Under the pieces are notes generated by a model. That model searched no databases and had not been told where the DNA came from. It saw only the letters and a list, made by a program, of their open reading frames with translations. From Mayamaea pseudoterrestris (taxonomy: Eukaryota), in the NCBI GenBank assembly GCA_027923505.1, contig BROI01000016.1, positions 124,001 through 188,000 of the forward strand: a stretch of DNA of 64,000 bases, given 5' to 3'. Shown in pieces: positions 14,001 to 24,447 of this stretch (the stretch's first letter is position 1; each line of letters opens with the position of its first letter). A program made the translations under genes and the position numbers.

Positions 14001-14247
14001 AAGCCGAAGAAGCTGCTGTGAATTGCTGTGTATGATTTCGCAAGGGCTGACAAAACGGCGTTTCGCTAGAGACAATAGTAAAGCAAGGACTTGAGCATGA
14101 CGATTTGTCTCGCAGTAGTAACTCCTCCTCGCTGACGAGCACTGCATTGACGCTTGACCAAAATAGTAAAAGACCAAAGAGGGCTCTCATCATGGTATCA
14201 TTGCAAACGGTTTGATGCTTGGATGAAGAGAGTTTGGGCATCATCAT
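5041..14247 (-). CDS. Giant secreted mucin-stalk tyrosinase paralog 2 (~3000 aa); exons 14247 (or ATG 14193)-7118, 7034-6865, 6784-6758, 6686-5041
   Basis: Signal peptide MMRALFGLLLFWSSVNA; CuA LH...AHGADDGPFLPWHRWYLW; CuB PHGTVHNFIGG...SPDDPLFMLHHANVDRIW across in-frame GT-AG introns; C-terminal ~540 aa homologous to paralog 3. Confidence 0.92.
7612..7812 (-). repeat. Coding 12-bp-unit repeat PSR[T/A/V/D], an Arg-rich linker just before the tyrosinase domain
   Basis: Visible in the translation of ORF 7063..14262. Confidence 0.85.
7867..12466 (-). repeat. Coding tandem repeat, 144-bp unit (48 aa, PSVTPSLAPSAIPSAHPSSPPTLLPTGDPSGSPSKSPSALPSSQPSQA), ~32 near-identical copies
   Basis: The unit anchor recurs at 7921, 8065 ... 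12385 with exact 144-bp period; no stops or frameshifts. Confidence 0.97.
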
Positions 14248-15081
14248 GGGCGAGTCGAGCAAAATGTTCTACTAGCGCAAAACGATGGCCATCGCGTGCA
14301 GCCGGGCCTTCCACTTTTTGAATGCTCATTGACAAAAGCCAACCAGTCGCAAGTGTCCCATTGACAAAATAACCGGTCATTATGACTCATTGTACGTTTT
14401 ACTTAGAGAGAGAAAAGGCCCTTTCACGACCAAACATTTAGAGGGCTATACTGATTTCGGTGGCGATGCTCAAGCTTCCCCAGGAGATGCTCGTTCACGC
14501 AGATGTCAGCATGGGTTGCATCGTTTACGCATATGTGATTATGGGACTCGACTACGAAAGAGTGTTCTAGTTGCAAGTGGAACATTGCATGCCATTAATC
14601 ATCGCTTTTGAACGGGCAAATCCCGCAACAACAAACAAAGGATATCGTTTTGCATGCCACAATCGGCACCGGATCTTTGTTCTGCGTCTCGAGAGTGTGC
14701 CGTCGCGCTGTCGTCATTGTGACTGATGGAATTTTTGAAATGATGTAAAGCTGTCGAGTCGCTGTTCGATACGTCTTTACTCATGCAGTTCACTACTTGC
14801 CATATGGCGTCTTGATCGGTCATGCTTGCCGCAGCCAGCAGGGCGTGCGCGTCGTTTGTCGTCTCCTTGGGAGCTCTATACCGGTAGGCACACACAGATC
14901 GGAAGCAATTCGAGCGAACACGTGGAGGCTTGCTCGCAAGGTGAATGCAGTTTGTGGCAGGCGGAAAACTCGCAGACGAATCTGCCAAGGCGACGAGGTT
15001 AATGCATGGACTAATCACAAACTAAAGTACAAATGTAATATAGCTGAAAACAGACGCTGATAAAGGTATATGTAGCGCGTA

Positions 15082-18000
15082 CTATGGCACAATGACTTGC
15101 TCAAGGATGCTCAAAACTTCAGGATCCTGCCAGGCCGGATAGCTGTCGCTACAATCGGCCGTCATGGTTAAACTGCCGATGCCAATAGCAGCATTGCGGA
15201 TACCAATTGTCAATCGGCCCGTTTCGCGATAAAACTTTGCCGGAACGACCAGTACAACCTTGCCGGCAGTCTCTGCTTCGCTGATGATTCGGACGCCGAC
15301 GTTTTTTGAGTCAAAGCTTTTTCCATCGTGGCTGCTGCAATTGAATTTGCCAAGACTGACAAACTGTTCATTGAGCAAGAGTGACACGTCCGTCGCGTTG
15401 CTGCAATCAAGCATGTAGACTTCCATCGTAATGGTCAAATTACTGGACGACGTTGGTACTCGAAACGTTTTACTCGTCCCTTCCGCCAGCTCCAAATACG
15501 TTCCGAGGTCAGAGCTACTGCCAATTCTGCTAAAGATCCATGACTCGGCATCCTTTGGTGTGTCGAAAATATCATTGGCGATGGAAAAGTCCGAGGTGCC
15601 GTCGCAAATTGGATCAGAGGCGGACGGAAGAGGGCACTGTGTCGCAGCCATGCGGCAAGGCAACGTTAATGAATGCACGCACGTATGAATTGATGGAACA
15701 CCTTCAGCGCCGCATGTTTGCATAATGGATCCAGCGGGAGCTGACGAAGCGATCGCATCATCCGTGGCGTACAGCTTGACCATTGCTCGACCATTCTCGT
15801 CGCACTTTGCCTCGAAAATGCCAAACTCTCCTGGAAATACACGCTCTGAGGTATCGCAACGCTCCACTCCTTTCGCATCGGTGTAATGTAGCGCAACCCT
15901 GCTGATAGTACTTGGCAGCCATACTTGCGACAGGGCGAATTTAACCGAGGTGTCGTCGTAACTAATTATGTACACAGGTTTTCGTTTCAGCGAAAATGTG
16001 CGATCGCTCGTTTGGATGTTGACATCAGATGCACATTCTCCCGGGCTGCCATTGTTGAAACACTTGAAAAGTTCTTGTGAGTCCTGCATGCCATGCATAG
16101 CAATCCAGGTTGGGCTGGCTAAAATGGGATTGCCTTGCTCCTGGCATACGCGATAGGCAATAGTGTTTAAAGCGTCTCGGGCCGATTGACCTTCCGATGT
16201 CAGGTTGCCCCAAATAAGGCGAGTAGTCAGATTAGTCCAAGGAGGAACATCGTTCGGAATGCCAAGAAGCTCCGTTGCCTCTTCGGCGGTGATGCCATCA
16301 ACACCACTGGTGCTATTGGCTTGCTGTAGTCGACGGGAGCAGGAAATCTCGTCAACGGGGCTATCTGCAAGTTGAATCCAGCTTTCATTGTTCGCCGCTA
16401 CATAGTTTGTGTCAAGTGTTGTAAGGAGTAGACCCAAATAATCGTTGGCATAAGTCACTTGTACATTTTCACCAAAGCTGTGAATGACATCTCGTGGGGT
16501 CGGCAGCTCGCCATCCTCGCGCCGGAAGAAACTCGGGTACGAACCAACACCCAGTTTAAAAGGAAGAGGGTCGTCAAGACCAATGCCTCGTCCCGCAGTA
16601 TAACAGTTGTCTGATATGTCCTCTGCCAAAACTTGGTCTTCATTCAAATAGTCTTGGCGCAATGCCCAAATGCGGTCAATCGTCGCTGTGGAAAGGTCGT
16701 TAAAAATCGGGCATTAGGATAACGTACAAAAATGGGCAGCTTTGTTCGACATTCTAACTAGTGCGTACCATGATGAAGCATGAATAATGGGTCGTCTGGT
16801 CATTTTGTCAAGAGAAAGTAACATGAGTGAGATTGAAGAATACTTTGATCGGCATTAGCTCGCCCCAAAATTGCAGCCTACCTGGACTAAAGAATGTAGC
16901 CATATTCCCACCAACAAAATTATGGACGACGGCGTGCGGTCTGCCTTGGAGATTGTTACTGAACCCAACAGTGCCGCCTCCGAACGTTGGGTAATTTAAA
17001 ATCAGTCTCATGAGATCTTCCTCTGTCGCGAACCGCGCAAACTGCATATTAAACGTTCTAACGCCATCAGAAAAAGACACTTTGTGAGTGGCATGACAAG
17101 TTGTAGTCGAATGGTTGGCATTGAATCGCCACTTACCTCTTTAAACAACCGCCGCTTCGAAGGGTCGCGTTCCAAAAGTTATTCTTGCTAGCAAGGCCTT
17201 CGGTCACGCAGCCATCCAGTCGGTCGAGTCCACTGCTTGACCCGAACGTGTCGGCTTCTAGAACGGACGACTTCATTTCGGCCCCACTGTCTTTAGCCCA
17301 GTCCCAATATGGTACAGTCACACAGCTGTCAGAAACGACCTGCAATGCCTTCTCGAACTTCCACATGTACCAGCGGTGCCATGGAAGGAACGGCCCATCG
17401 TCGGCCCCATGTGCGTAAGCGCTATTTACAGCGCTCGCATGCAGATCCACAAATGTTGCGTAATTGGGTATTTTCAAAGAGTTATTCGCAGGTAACTTGT
17501 ATAACAATTCTACGGCATCGAGGTAAGCTTCACGATCGGCGCAGCTTGTATCATGCCAAGCTCGCCTGACAGAAGGCCCGCAGGATGACTGTTCAAAGAA
17601 AGAAGGAACTGTATGTTAGAAATATGGTAATTATTTAATCGTCAATACAGCCTGACTAACTTGCCTTTGTTGGAGCAAGTGATGGTGACGAGGTGGGAGA
17701 TGAAGGCACCTTGGTTGATTGTCTCGTCGGTCTGTTCGTCGGAGAAGCACTTGTGGGGATTTCACTTGATAGCGTGGTTGGAGTTGTCGTTCCAGCTTGA
17801 CTACCGGTAGGCGCGACGCTTAGCGCCTCTTCAGGCGTCCGCGACGGTTGACTTGAAGGAATTGGTTTAGGCGACATAGTTGGCACTGACAATGGCATCA
17901 TTGTGGTAGACGATTCGGTTGACGGCGATTGTGACGGAGAAGAAATCGGCGACTCGCTGCTCAAACTTCCACGTGACGGTGGTGTTGTCGGTCTTGAAGG

Positions 18001-19761
18001 CTCGTTGGATGGAAAAGTTGAAAGTGATGATTTTTGTGTCGGTAATAACGTCGGCTCGTTCGTCTCATTTACTGGTGACACCGTCGGATGGCTCGATGAT
18101 CCATGCGATGGTGATGCCGTCGGTGAACCACTTCTTTGGCGAGTAGGTTCAAAGGACGGGAAGTTCTGTGGCGACGATTGGCTTGTCGGGGATGGCGCTG
18201 GTTCGCTTATTACGCTAGTCGGAAGCAAAGTTGGTTGACTTGACGGTGCAATGGATGGTGATCTTGCGGGCGAGCGAGTAGATGGTTCATAAGATTCAAC
18301 CGACGGGTAATCCGATGTCGAAACATCAGGTCCGTCGGAAGGAAACGAGCTTGGCCGAGACGACACGCGATGAGGCGACAAAATGGGTTTGCTCACTGGT
18401 CCATGAGTTGGCGAAAGTGTTGGTGGCTCATTCAATTCTTTGGATGGATTAAGAGAAGGTGAGGTTACTTGATAGCTTGGCGAGCTCGATCCGTCTGTCT
18501 CGTGTGAAGAAGTTGGTATTGGCTGCGTAGTGGTTGCAGGGAATGGTGTTCTCGTCGGTAAGTTGGTCGTTCCTATCAAAGGTCCGGCTGACGGGTAGTC
18601 TGAGAGCAGCTCACTTTCCATTGACGGGGAAGGCGTAGGTTTGCTCGTTATTGGCGGCCGACTTGTAGCAAGAACCGCCGTCGGCAGTGAACTTGGTTGT
18701 TGTAAAGTGGAAGGGCTCCAGGAAGACTCTCCGACCGCAAGCAGGCTGGGTGTTAGACTGGGCTGGTCCGAGCAAGCACATGCACACTCGCACATGCCGA
18801 TTTCCGCAGAACGACGATGGCCTTGCGGCGACAAGTCTGAAGGCGCCCATCCATCTTCATCAGTAACAGCTGGTTGAATCACTTCCACTGCCGCATGAGT
18901 CGACTCCAGCGTATCTTGCTCGAAAGTTTCCGTCGGTACTGGACAATCGCATGTCAGCGTTACATTTGCCTTGATGGCCCAGCTCGAGGCCGTTTCGACA
19001 AAGTTACCGTTCCAGACGCTGCCGCTGGTGCTACTGGCGTTGTGCACTGTGACTTGCGCTAGTAACTGGTAGGCGGCTGGTGATGGATCGTGACTGCATT
19101 GAACGTCGACTTGGCCGCTATTATAATCATTGCCGGATGACTTTGACCCGGTTTGGTTGAACGGGAGCACCGTCTTCACGACGGAATGTGGGCCGCTCAA
19201 ACCGCGGCGCTGCCATCGAACCGGAAAGTGAGTAGTGCTGGGAAGACTTGTCTTTGTCCGAGGATACGTTTCATGTTGACCAATCCAAAGATGAACGTTA
19301 TCAAGAAACCATCCAGTGCTTGTCGTATTGTAAATAATATCAAAAGCATCACCATGCATCGCCGTCGATACGCAGAGCGTTCCTGCATATGTTTCACCGC
19401 CGGCCAAAATGTTCCAGCACTTTTGCAACGATGCCGGTATACTTTCGTCGTTGTTGTAAAAGCAAGCTTGAATAACTGGTGCTGCAGCATTTAAAGTTAG
19501 CCCTTGATTCCTCGTTTGCTCACTTTGATTCATTGCGTGGAGCGAATGCGAAACATTGACCGACGAGCGAGTGGCAGTAGTAAAAGTCGCCGTAGTAGAA
19601 GTCAAAGGATTCTTGTCGTGCATGTCAGCCAGACGCGTCGTTGACGCTGCGTCAAGTTGATCCAATCGTTGGAGCGTCACTTGGTCGCGCTCCATCATTG
19701 CTGCAGCAGTAGTTACGCCTTGACGCAAGATCAACAAGGACGAAAATAGTTTTAGCTTCAT
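15082..19761 (-). CDS. Secreted mucin-stalk tyrosinase paralog 3; exons 19761-~17665, ~17588 (or 17608)-17137, 17056-16882, 16795-16769, 16685-15082
   Basis: N-terminal signal-like segment, shared Cys-rich N-domain, degenerate P/S/T stalk, CuA LH...AHGADDGPFLPWHRWYMW, CuB PHAVVHNFVGG...SPDDPLFMLHHATIDRIW. Confidence 0.9.
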
Positions 19762-20513
19762 CGTGTTCAATTTGATTGCAATGAAGATGTTTTAAAAATC
19801 TTTGGTCAACGTTGCCAGTCGCAAACGGCCGGTCCATTCCGTGATGCAGTCACGCATCACTTCACTCGATGAGCAAGAGTCACCAAATGCCGAACACCTT
19901 GCTCTCGCTCCTCAATGAGAACCAAATACGCAATAATTTCAATCATACGTCCGTCTGTCAATCTAAATCTTGCAAATGAACATAGCGCTCGTACATTGTG
20001 GAGGCGTCGCTCATCATGCAGGAAGGCAGGCACCAGACAATTGATCCTTGCTTTTGCACGCGCGAAGCAATGGCAAATGAGACTCGACCATTTTCAGCTT
20101 TCGCAGTTACAAATAGCAAAATTTCCTTGCTAGCCCTTTTGAATTCAAGTAATGGTTCGATATTACTGGAGTAAGATGCTTGTATGATACATGAAATCAT
20201 GCATGGTGCCTTGATGGCCGCTAGCGCGCGCAAATCCGGCGAAACTTACAAAATGAGTCATGCTACGACACGATCTTTGTATGTCACTGGAGCGCTGACG
20301 TACTTGACAATGACCCAAGGGCAATTTAAACTCCGTCCAGCCAATTTGTGCGAGGTATCAATGAGGAGTTTACTATGGCCAGAGCTGTACACATCCGTGC
20401 AGGATTTGATTGGCACGAATGATGGCGATGCATCGTTTCCATGCTCGTTGGTTTCACCGTTCATTTGCCTCACGTGTCGCTCATTTTATTTCCTCTCTCA
20501 AAAGTACTCGACG

Positions 20514-22565
20514 ATGTATAATGATGATAGTGAACCATGCAATGAGAGTAATAGTAAGCGAAGAGCTGCGATGGTGGATGATGTCTCGGTTTTTTCGTTG
20601 CCGTCGGTCGAATGTAAATTGCCCAAGGGCGTTGACGAATATGATGCACTGACAGAACCTACAAGAAATCAAGACTTTGACTCGCCTTTTAAACATTGCA
20701 CGCCATGCGTCCACCAAACAACTTTCGGCAATACACTCAAGACAATTGTTGCAACGAGTCCTGATGATTTAGCGACAAGGATTCAGTCAGCGACCGACGT
20801 TACGCGGTCTCTAAACAAGGCGAAACAAGGCCAAAATATAACAATAGACGTGGAGAACGGAGATACGAGTATTCGGCGAGTGGAAGCGCAGCCGGGTGCA
20901 AGACGTATATACCCGAGCCATCGCTGCCAAGAGCTTGTCGACGTTTCTGACACGAGCGACGATAATTTCACCTATTCCATCGTCGATTCGCACCTTCGGA
21001 TGCAGACGCTGGAAGGCAATCATTCAGAACAAGCAATTCATGAACCAATCTTTCAGGGTGTTGCTGTCACATCGGATACCAACGTTGATGGTTCCTCGGG
21101 TGTACCAGTCGTCATTCAGTACGCTGAACCTGTCTCGGCAAAGCAAGTCAATGGTGTCTACGTTAATCGAGGACGCTTTATAGGAGGCGTCTGCGCTTTG
21201 ATTCTTGTCCTTTGTCTAACTGGAATTTCTATCGGTTTGACGAGAAAGTCAAGAGGAAAAGAGGAATTGCGAAACGAAACAGTTGATCCGGCCGACTCCT
21301 TCTCGCAAGCTCCAACGATTGTGAGGCTAGCTCGCATGTTGCCAAGTTATACCACCGATGCGCTCCAGAACGAGCTCCCAAAGACGAGTCGCCAATCCTC
21401 GGATTGGTATGCGAGTGGTATTTGGAGCGATGATAACTTTTCGCCAGCATCATACCAAGGCAAAGCTTGGAAGTGGCTTGTTTCGGATGCAACATCGCCA
21501 CAACGTTCAGTAGAAGAACTGACCCTCCGTTTCTCATTGGCTACCCTCTATTATACGACCGACGGACCAAACTGGAAGAACAATACGAACTGGCTGACAT
21601 CAAAGGACGTGTGCCTCTGGTTCTATGGCGATGATCCACCATACGAAGACGCGAAATTTAACTCTGCTGTGGAGGACTGCCTTGCCAAAGGATTTGATCA
21701 ACTGAATCTACAAGGTAATAATCTTGTCGGATACCTGCCATCCGAATTTGGTTTAGCAACCAGCTTGCTGAATGTCAAGTTTCCATCCAACTCACTTCGT
21801 GGCGAAATTCCTGATACCATTTTTCGGAACATGACCCAACTGATATCACTCTTATTGTCCGGTAATGAGTTTTCTGGCACCATACCAACAAGCATAGGAT
21901 TCATGACAGATTTGTACATGCTTGTGGTGAATTCAAATAATTTTTCCGGCACGCTCCCCTCAGAAATGGGCGAAATGTCGTCCCTTTGGGACCTGTACGC
22001 ATCCAACAATCTGTTCACCGGTCGAATCCCGACGGAAGTGGGCAAGCTTTTGAACTTGAATTATATGCTGATTGCGAACAACCTTCTCTCCGGAACAATC
22101 CCTTCCGAGCTGTTTAAGTTGACCAATCTGAAACGCTTGGACCTCACCTTGAATCGGCTCTCGGGCTCCATCGCTTCCGATATTGGCTCGTGCAGGCTTC
22201 TCACTGCTTTACAAGTCGGCTACAATGACTTTGACGGCTCTATTCCAAGCGAGATTAGTTTGCTGACCGATCTGAATGTGCTTTTCATGAACAACAATAC
22301 CGCAATGGTTGGAACAATACCTTCGCGCTTGGCGAGACTCACGGGGCTCAACGCGCTTGCCGTATCGGGTACGAGCATGAGCGGCAGCATACCGAGCGAA
22401 CTATCGCACCTCAGTCGACTTGGAAGCCTGCAAGTCTATGACACAAGCATGACGGGTAGCGTCCCGGAAAGCGTCTGCCGTGCATTTTCGCAGCTAGGCG
22501 CGAATAGCGGCATTGTCATTGACTGCGACGAGCTAATCTGTGACTGCAATTGCACCTGCAGCTGA
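20514..22565 (+). CDS. Single-pass membrane protein with C-terminal plant-type leucine-rich repeats (start uncertain; the ORF opens at 20184)
   Basis: TM segment FIGGVCALILVLCLTGISIGL; LATLYY.TDG.NW...TNWL...DVC.W cap; LxxLxLxxNxLSGxIPxE repeats; IDCDELICDCNCTC end. Confidence 0.88.
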   Translation: MYNDDSEPCNESNSKRRAAMVDDVSVFSLPSVECKLPKGVDEYDALTEPTRNQDFDSPFKHCTPCVHQTTFGNTLKTIVATSPDDLATRIQSATDVTRSLNKAKQGQNITIDVENGDTSIRRVEAQPGARRIYPSHRCQELVDVSDTSDDNFTYSIVDSHLRMQTLEGNHSEQAIHEPIFQGVAVTSDTNVDGSSGVPVVIQYAEPVSAKQVNGVYVNRGRFIGGVCALILVLCLTGISIGLTRKSRGKEELRNETVDPADSFSQAPTIVRLARMLPSYTTDALQNELPKTSRQSSDWYASGIWSDDNFSPASYQGKAWKWLVSDATSPQRSVEELTLRFSLATLYYTTDGPNWKNNTNWLTSKDVCLWFYGDDPPYEDAKFNSAVEDCLAKGFDQLNLQGNNLVGYLPSEFGLATSLLNVKFPSNSLRGEIPDTIFRNMTQLISLLLSGNEFSGTIPTSIGFMTDLYMLVVNSNNFSGTLPSEMGEMSSLWDLYASNNLFTGRIPTEVGKLLNLNYMLIANNLLSGTIPSELFKLTNLKRLDLTLNRLSGSIASDIGSCRLLTALQVGYNDFDGSIPSEISLLTDLNVLFMNNNTAMVGTIPSRLARLTGLNALAVSGTSMSGSIPSELSHLSRLGSLQVYDTSMTGSVPESVCRAFSQLGANSGIVIDCDELICDCNCTCS

Positions 22566-22866
22566 ATTTATAAACAATAACTGTTCATTACTGCATACAG
22601 TTGAAAGCCACTGCGTACGCAATGTACTATACACAACCAGATCGTATCGAGGATAAAGTTGCGCGCATCGTAATTAACGATGAAGAGCTCGTCGGTCATA
22701 GTTGTGTTTGAAGTGTGACGCCACTCTGCTGATTTCGCACGAATGGGGCAATAGAGTCAGCTGTTTTGACGTGTGACTGACAAGCGTGCCTCTGCCGCTT
22801 TTTGTCTGAACACTTGCCTCTTTGCCTCTCGCTGCCCGCTGCACCAGCCAGCCATTTTCACCTCGC

Positions 22867-24447
22867 ATGATGAACATGAACGATCTGGAGGATCTTCCCG
22901 TGCTGCATGGGCGAGCGATAATTCTATTGGAGGATGACGATCTGCAGGATGCCATTGCGGGAATGAAGTCGTCGGATCACGTTGTTTCCGCGCAAGTGAG
23001 TCGAGTGATTGAAACAGTTCCGGCTCGACCAGTTGACGGAGTTTATATCAAGCGGCGGAGACTCATATGGCTGTTTGTCGCTGGAGTACTGTTTTTGGTG
23101 GTTATCATTCTTGGGATTTCCTTTGGATTGTCGGTGGATTCATCGCAGCAGCTTGAGCCAGTGTCCTCGTCGTCCTTTTCGCTGCCTGCCACCATTGAAA
23201 AGTTTGCCACCAGCCTGCCGGACTATACGCAGTCGGCGTTGCAAAAGGAACTACTGAATGCAAACTATAGCGGCGCGTATTGGTTCATGTACGATGAGTG
23301 GGACAATGAACACGAATTCAGTCCGCAGTCGCCTCAAGGCAAGGCTTGGAAATGGCTCGTCTCTGATAAGGGTCTTTCGTCGCGGTCATTGAGCGATATT
23401 ACGCTGCGATTCGCCTTGGCCACGTTCTACTACGCAACGAATGGTCCCAATTGGAAGAATAATACCAATTGGCTCACGTCCGAAGATGTTTGCAGTTGGT
23501 TTTGCGTTTCCCAAAATACGCAGATTCCCCACAGCTACTCGGACTACTTGGATTACTGTCAACGAAGTGGCTTCAGTCAGCTCCTACTATCCGACAATGG
23601 ACTCATTGGCTCTATTCCACTCGAGCTGGCGCTGCTTACGGATCTGAACGTCGTCAAAGTTGGATCCAACGCACTCTACGGTGACATTTCGGATATTCTC
23701 TGGGCGAGTTGGAGCGGCGCCCGAGCCTTGGAGTTTCAGTTCAACTACAACCTCACGGGCACGCTGCCAAGTGTCATTGGCGAATTCTCAAATCTCATGT
23801 TCCTAAACATTCAAGCGAACCGATTCTACGGCACTCTTCCGAGCCAAATAGGCCGGCTCTCGGCGCTTTGGTTGTTCACGGCGCCTCAAAACGAATTTAC
23901 CGGCTCCATACCTCGAGAGATTGGGCGCATGAAGTCTCTGCAGTCCTTTGTCGTTGCCGAAAACGCACTGACATCATCCATACCAACAAGCATAGGCAGA
24001 CTGTTCAACATGTATGCGTTTGACGTGGGCATGAACCAATTGACTGGCTCCATTCCCTTTCAAATTGAAGACTGCATGAATCTCTTGTCGTTTCGGGTCT
24101 TGTCAAACGCATTGACAGGTTCAATACCCGTTACTGCGAGTCGCTTAACGAGACTGCAAGCGTTACTACTGAACAATAACACTTTGATGGGAAGTCTACC
24201 AAGTGAACTCGGAGGACTGGAGTCGCTCTTTGACCTTGACGTTTCATCCAACGCCCAAATTACTGGAACGCTACCAAGCGAACTCGATCAACTGGCCAAG
24301 CTGACTAATCTCCGCGTCTTTGATACCAATATTTCGGGCAGCGTACCATCTGGAGTATGCAACGCATTCCTGGCGCAAAACGTTGTTTCCAACATTTTGA
24401 TTGACTGCGACCAAGTAGACTGCGACTGCAACTGCACTTGCGGGTGA
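22867..24447 (+). CDS. Tandem paralog of the LRR single-pass membrane protein
   Basis: Same TM + cap + LRR + IDCDQVDCDCNCTC architecture as the upstream gene. Confidence 0.9.
   Translation: MMNMNDLEDLPVLHGRAIILLEDDDLQDAIAGMKSSDHVVSAQVSRVIETVPARPVDGVYIKRRRLIWLFVAGVLFLVVIILGISFGLSVDSSQQLEPVSSSSFSLPATIEKFATSLPDYTQSALQKELLNANYSGAYWFMYDEWDNEHEFSPQSPQGKAWKWLVSDKGLSSRSLSDITLRFALATFYYATNGPNWKNNTNWLTSEDVCSWFCVSQNTQIPHSYSDYLDYCQRSGFSQLLLSDNGLIGSIPLELALLTDLNVVKVGSNALYGDISDILWASWSGARALEFQFNYNLTGTLPSVIGEFSNLMFLNIQANRFYGTLPSQIGRLSALWLFTAPQNEFTGSIPREIGRMKSLQSFVVAENALTSSIPTSIGRLFNMYAFDVGMNQLTGSIPFQIEDCMNLLSFRVLSNALTGSIPVTASRLTRLQALLLNNNTLMGSLPSELGGLESLFDLDVSSNAQITGTLPSELDQLAKLTNLRVFDTNISGSVPSGVCNAFLAQNVVSNILIDCDQVDCDCNCTCG

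Noticed and set aside
14380..15060. Short ORFs between tyrosinases 2 and 3
   Set aside because: No recognisable motifs or splice support; likely promoter/intergenic
20184..20513. 5' extension of the first LRR ORF
   Set aside because: No protein-like features and it resembles promoter/UTR sequence; a downstream ATG is preferred, though unproven
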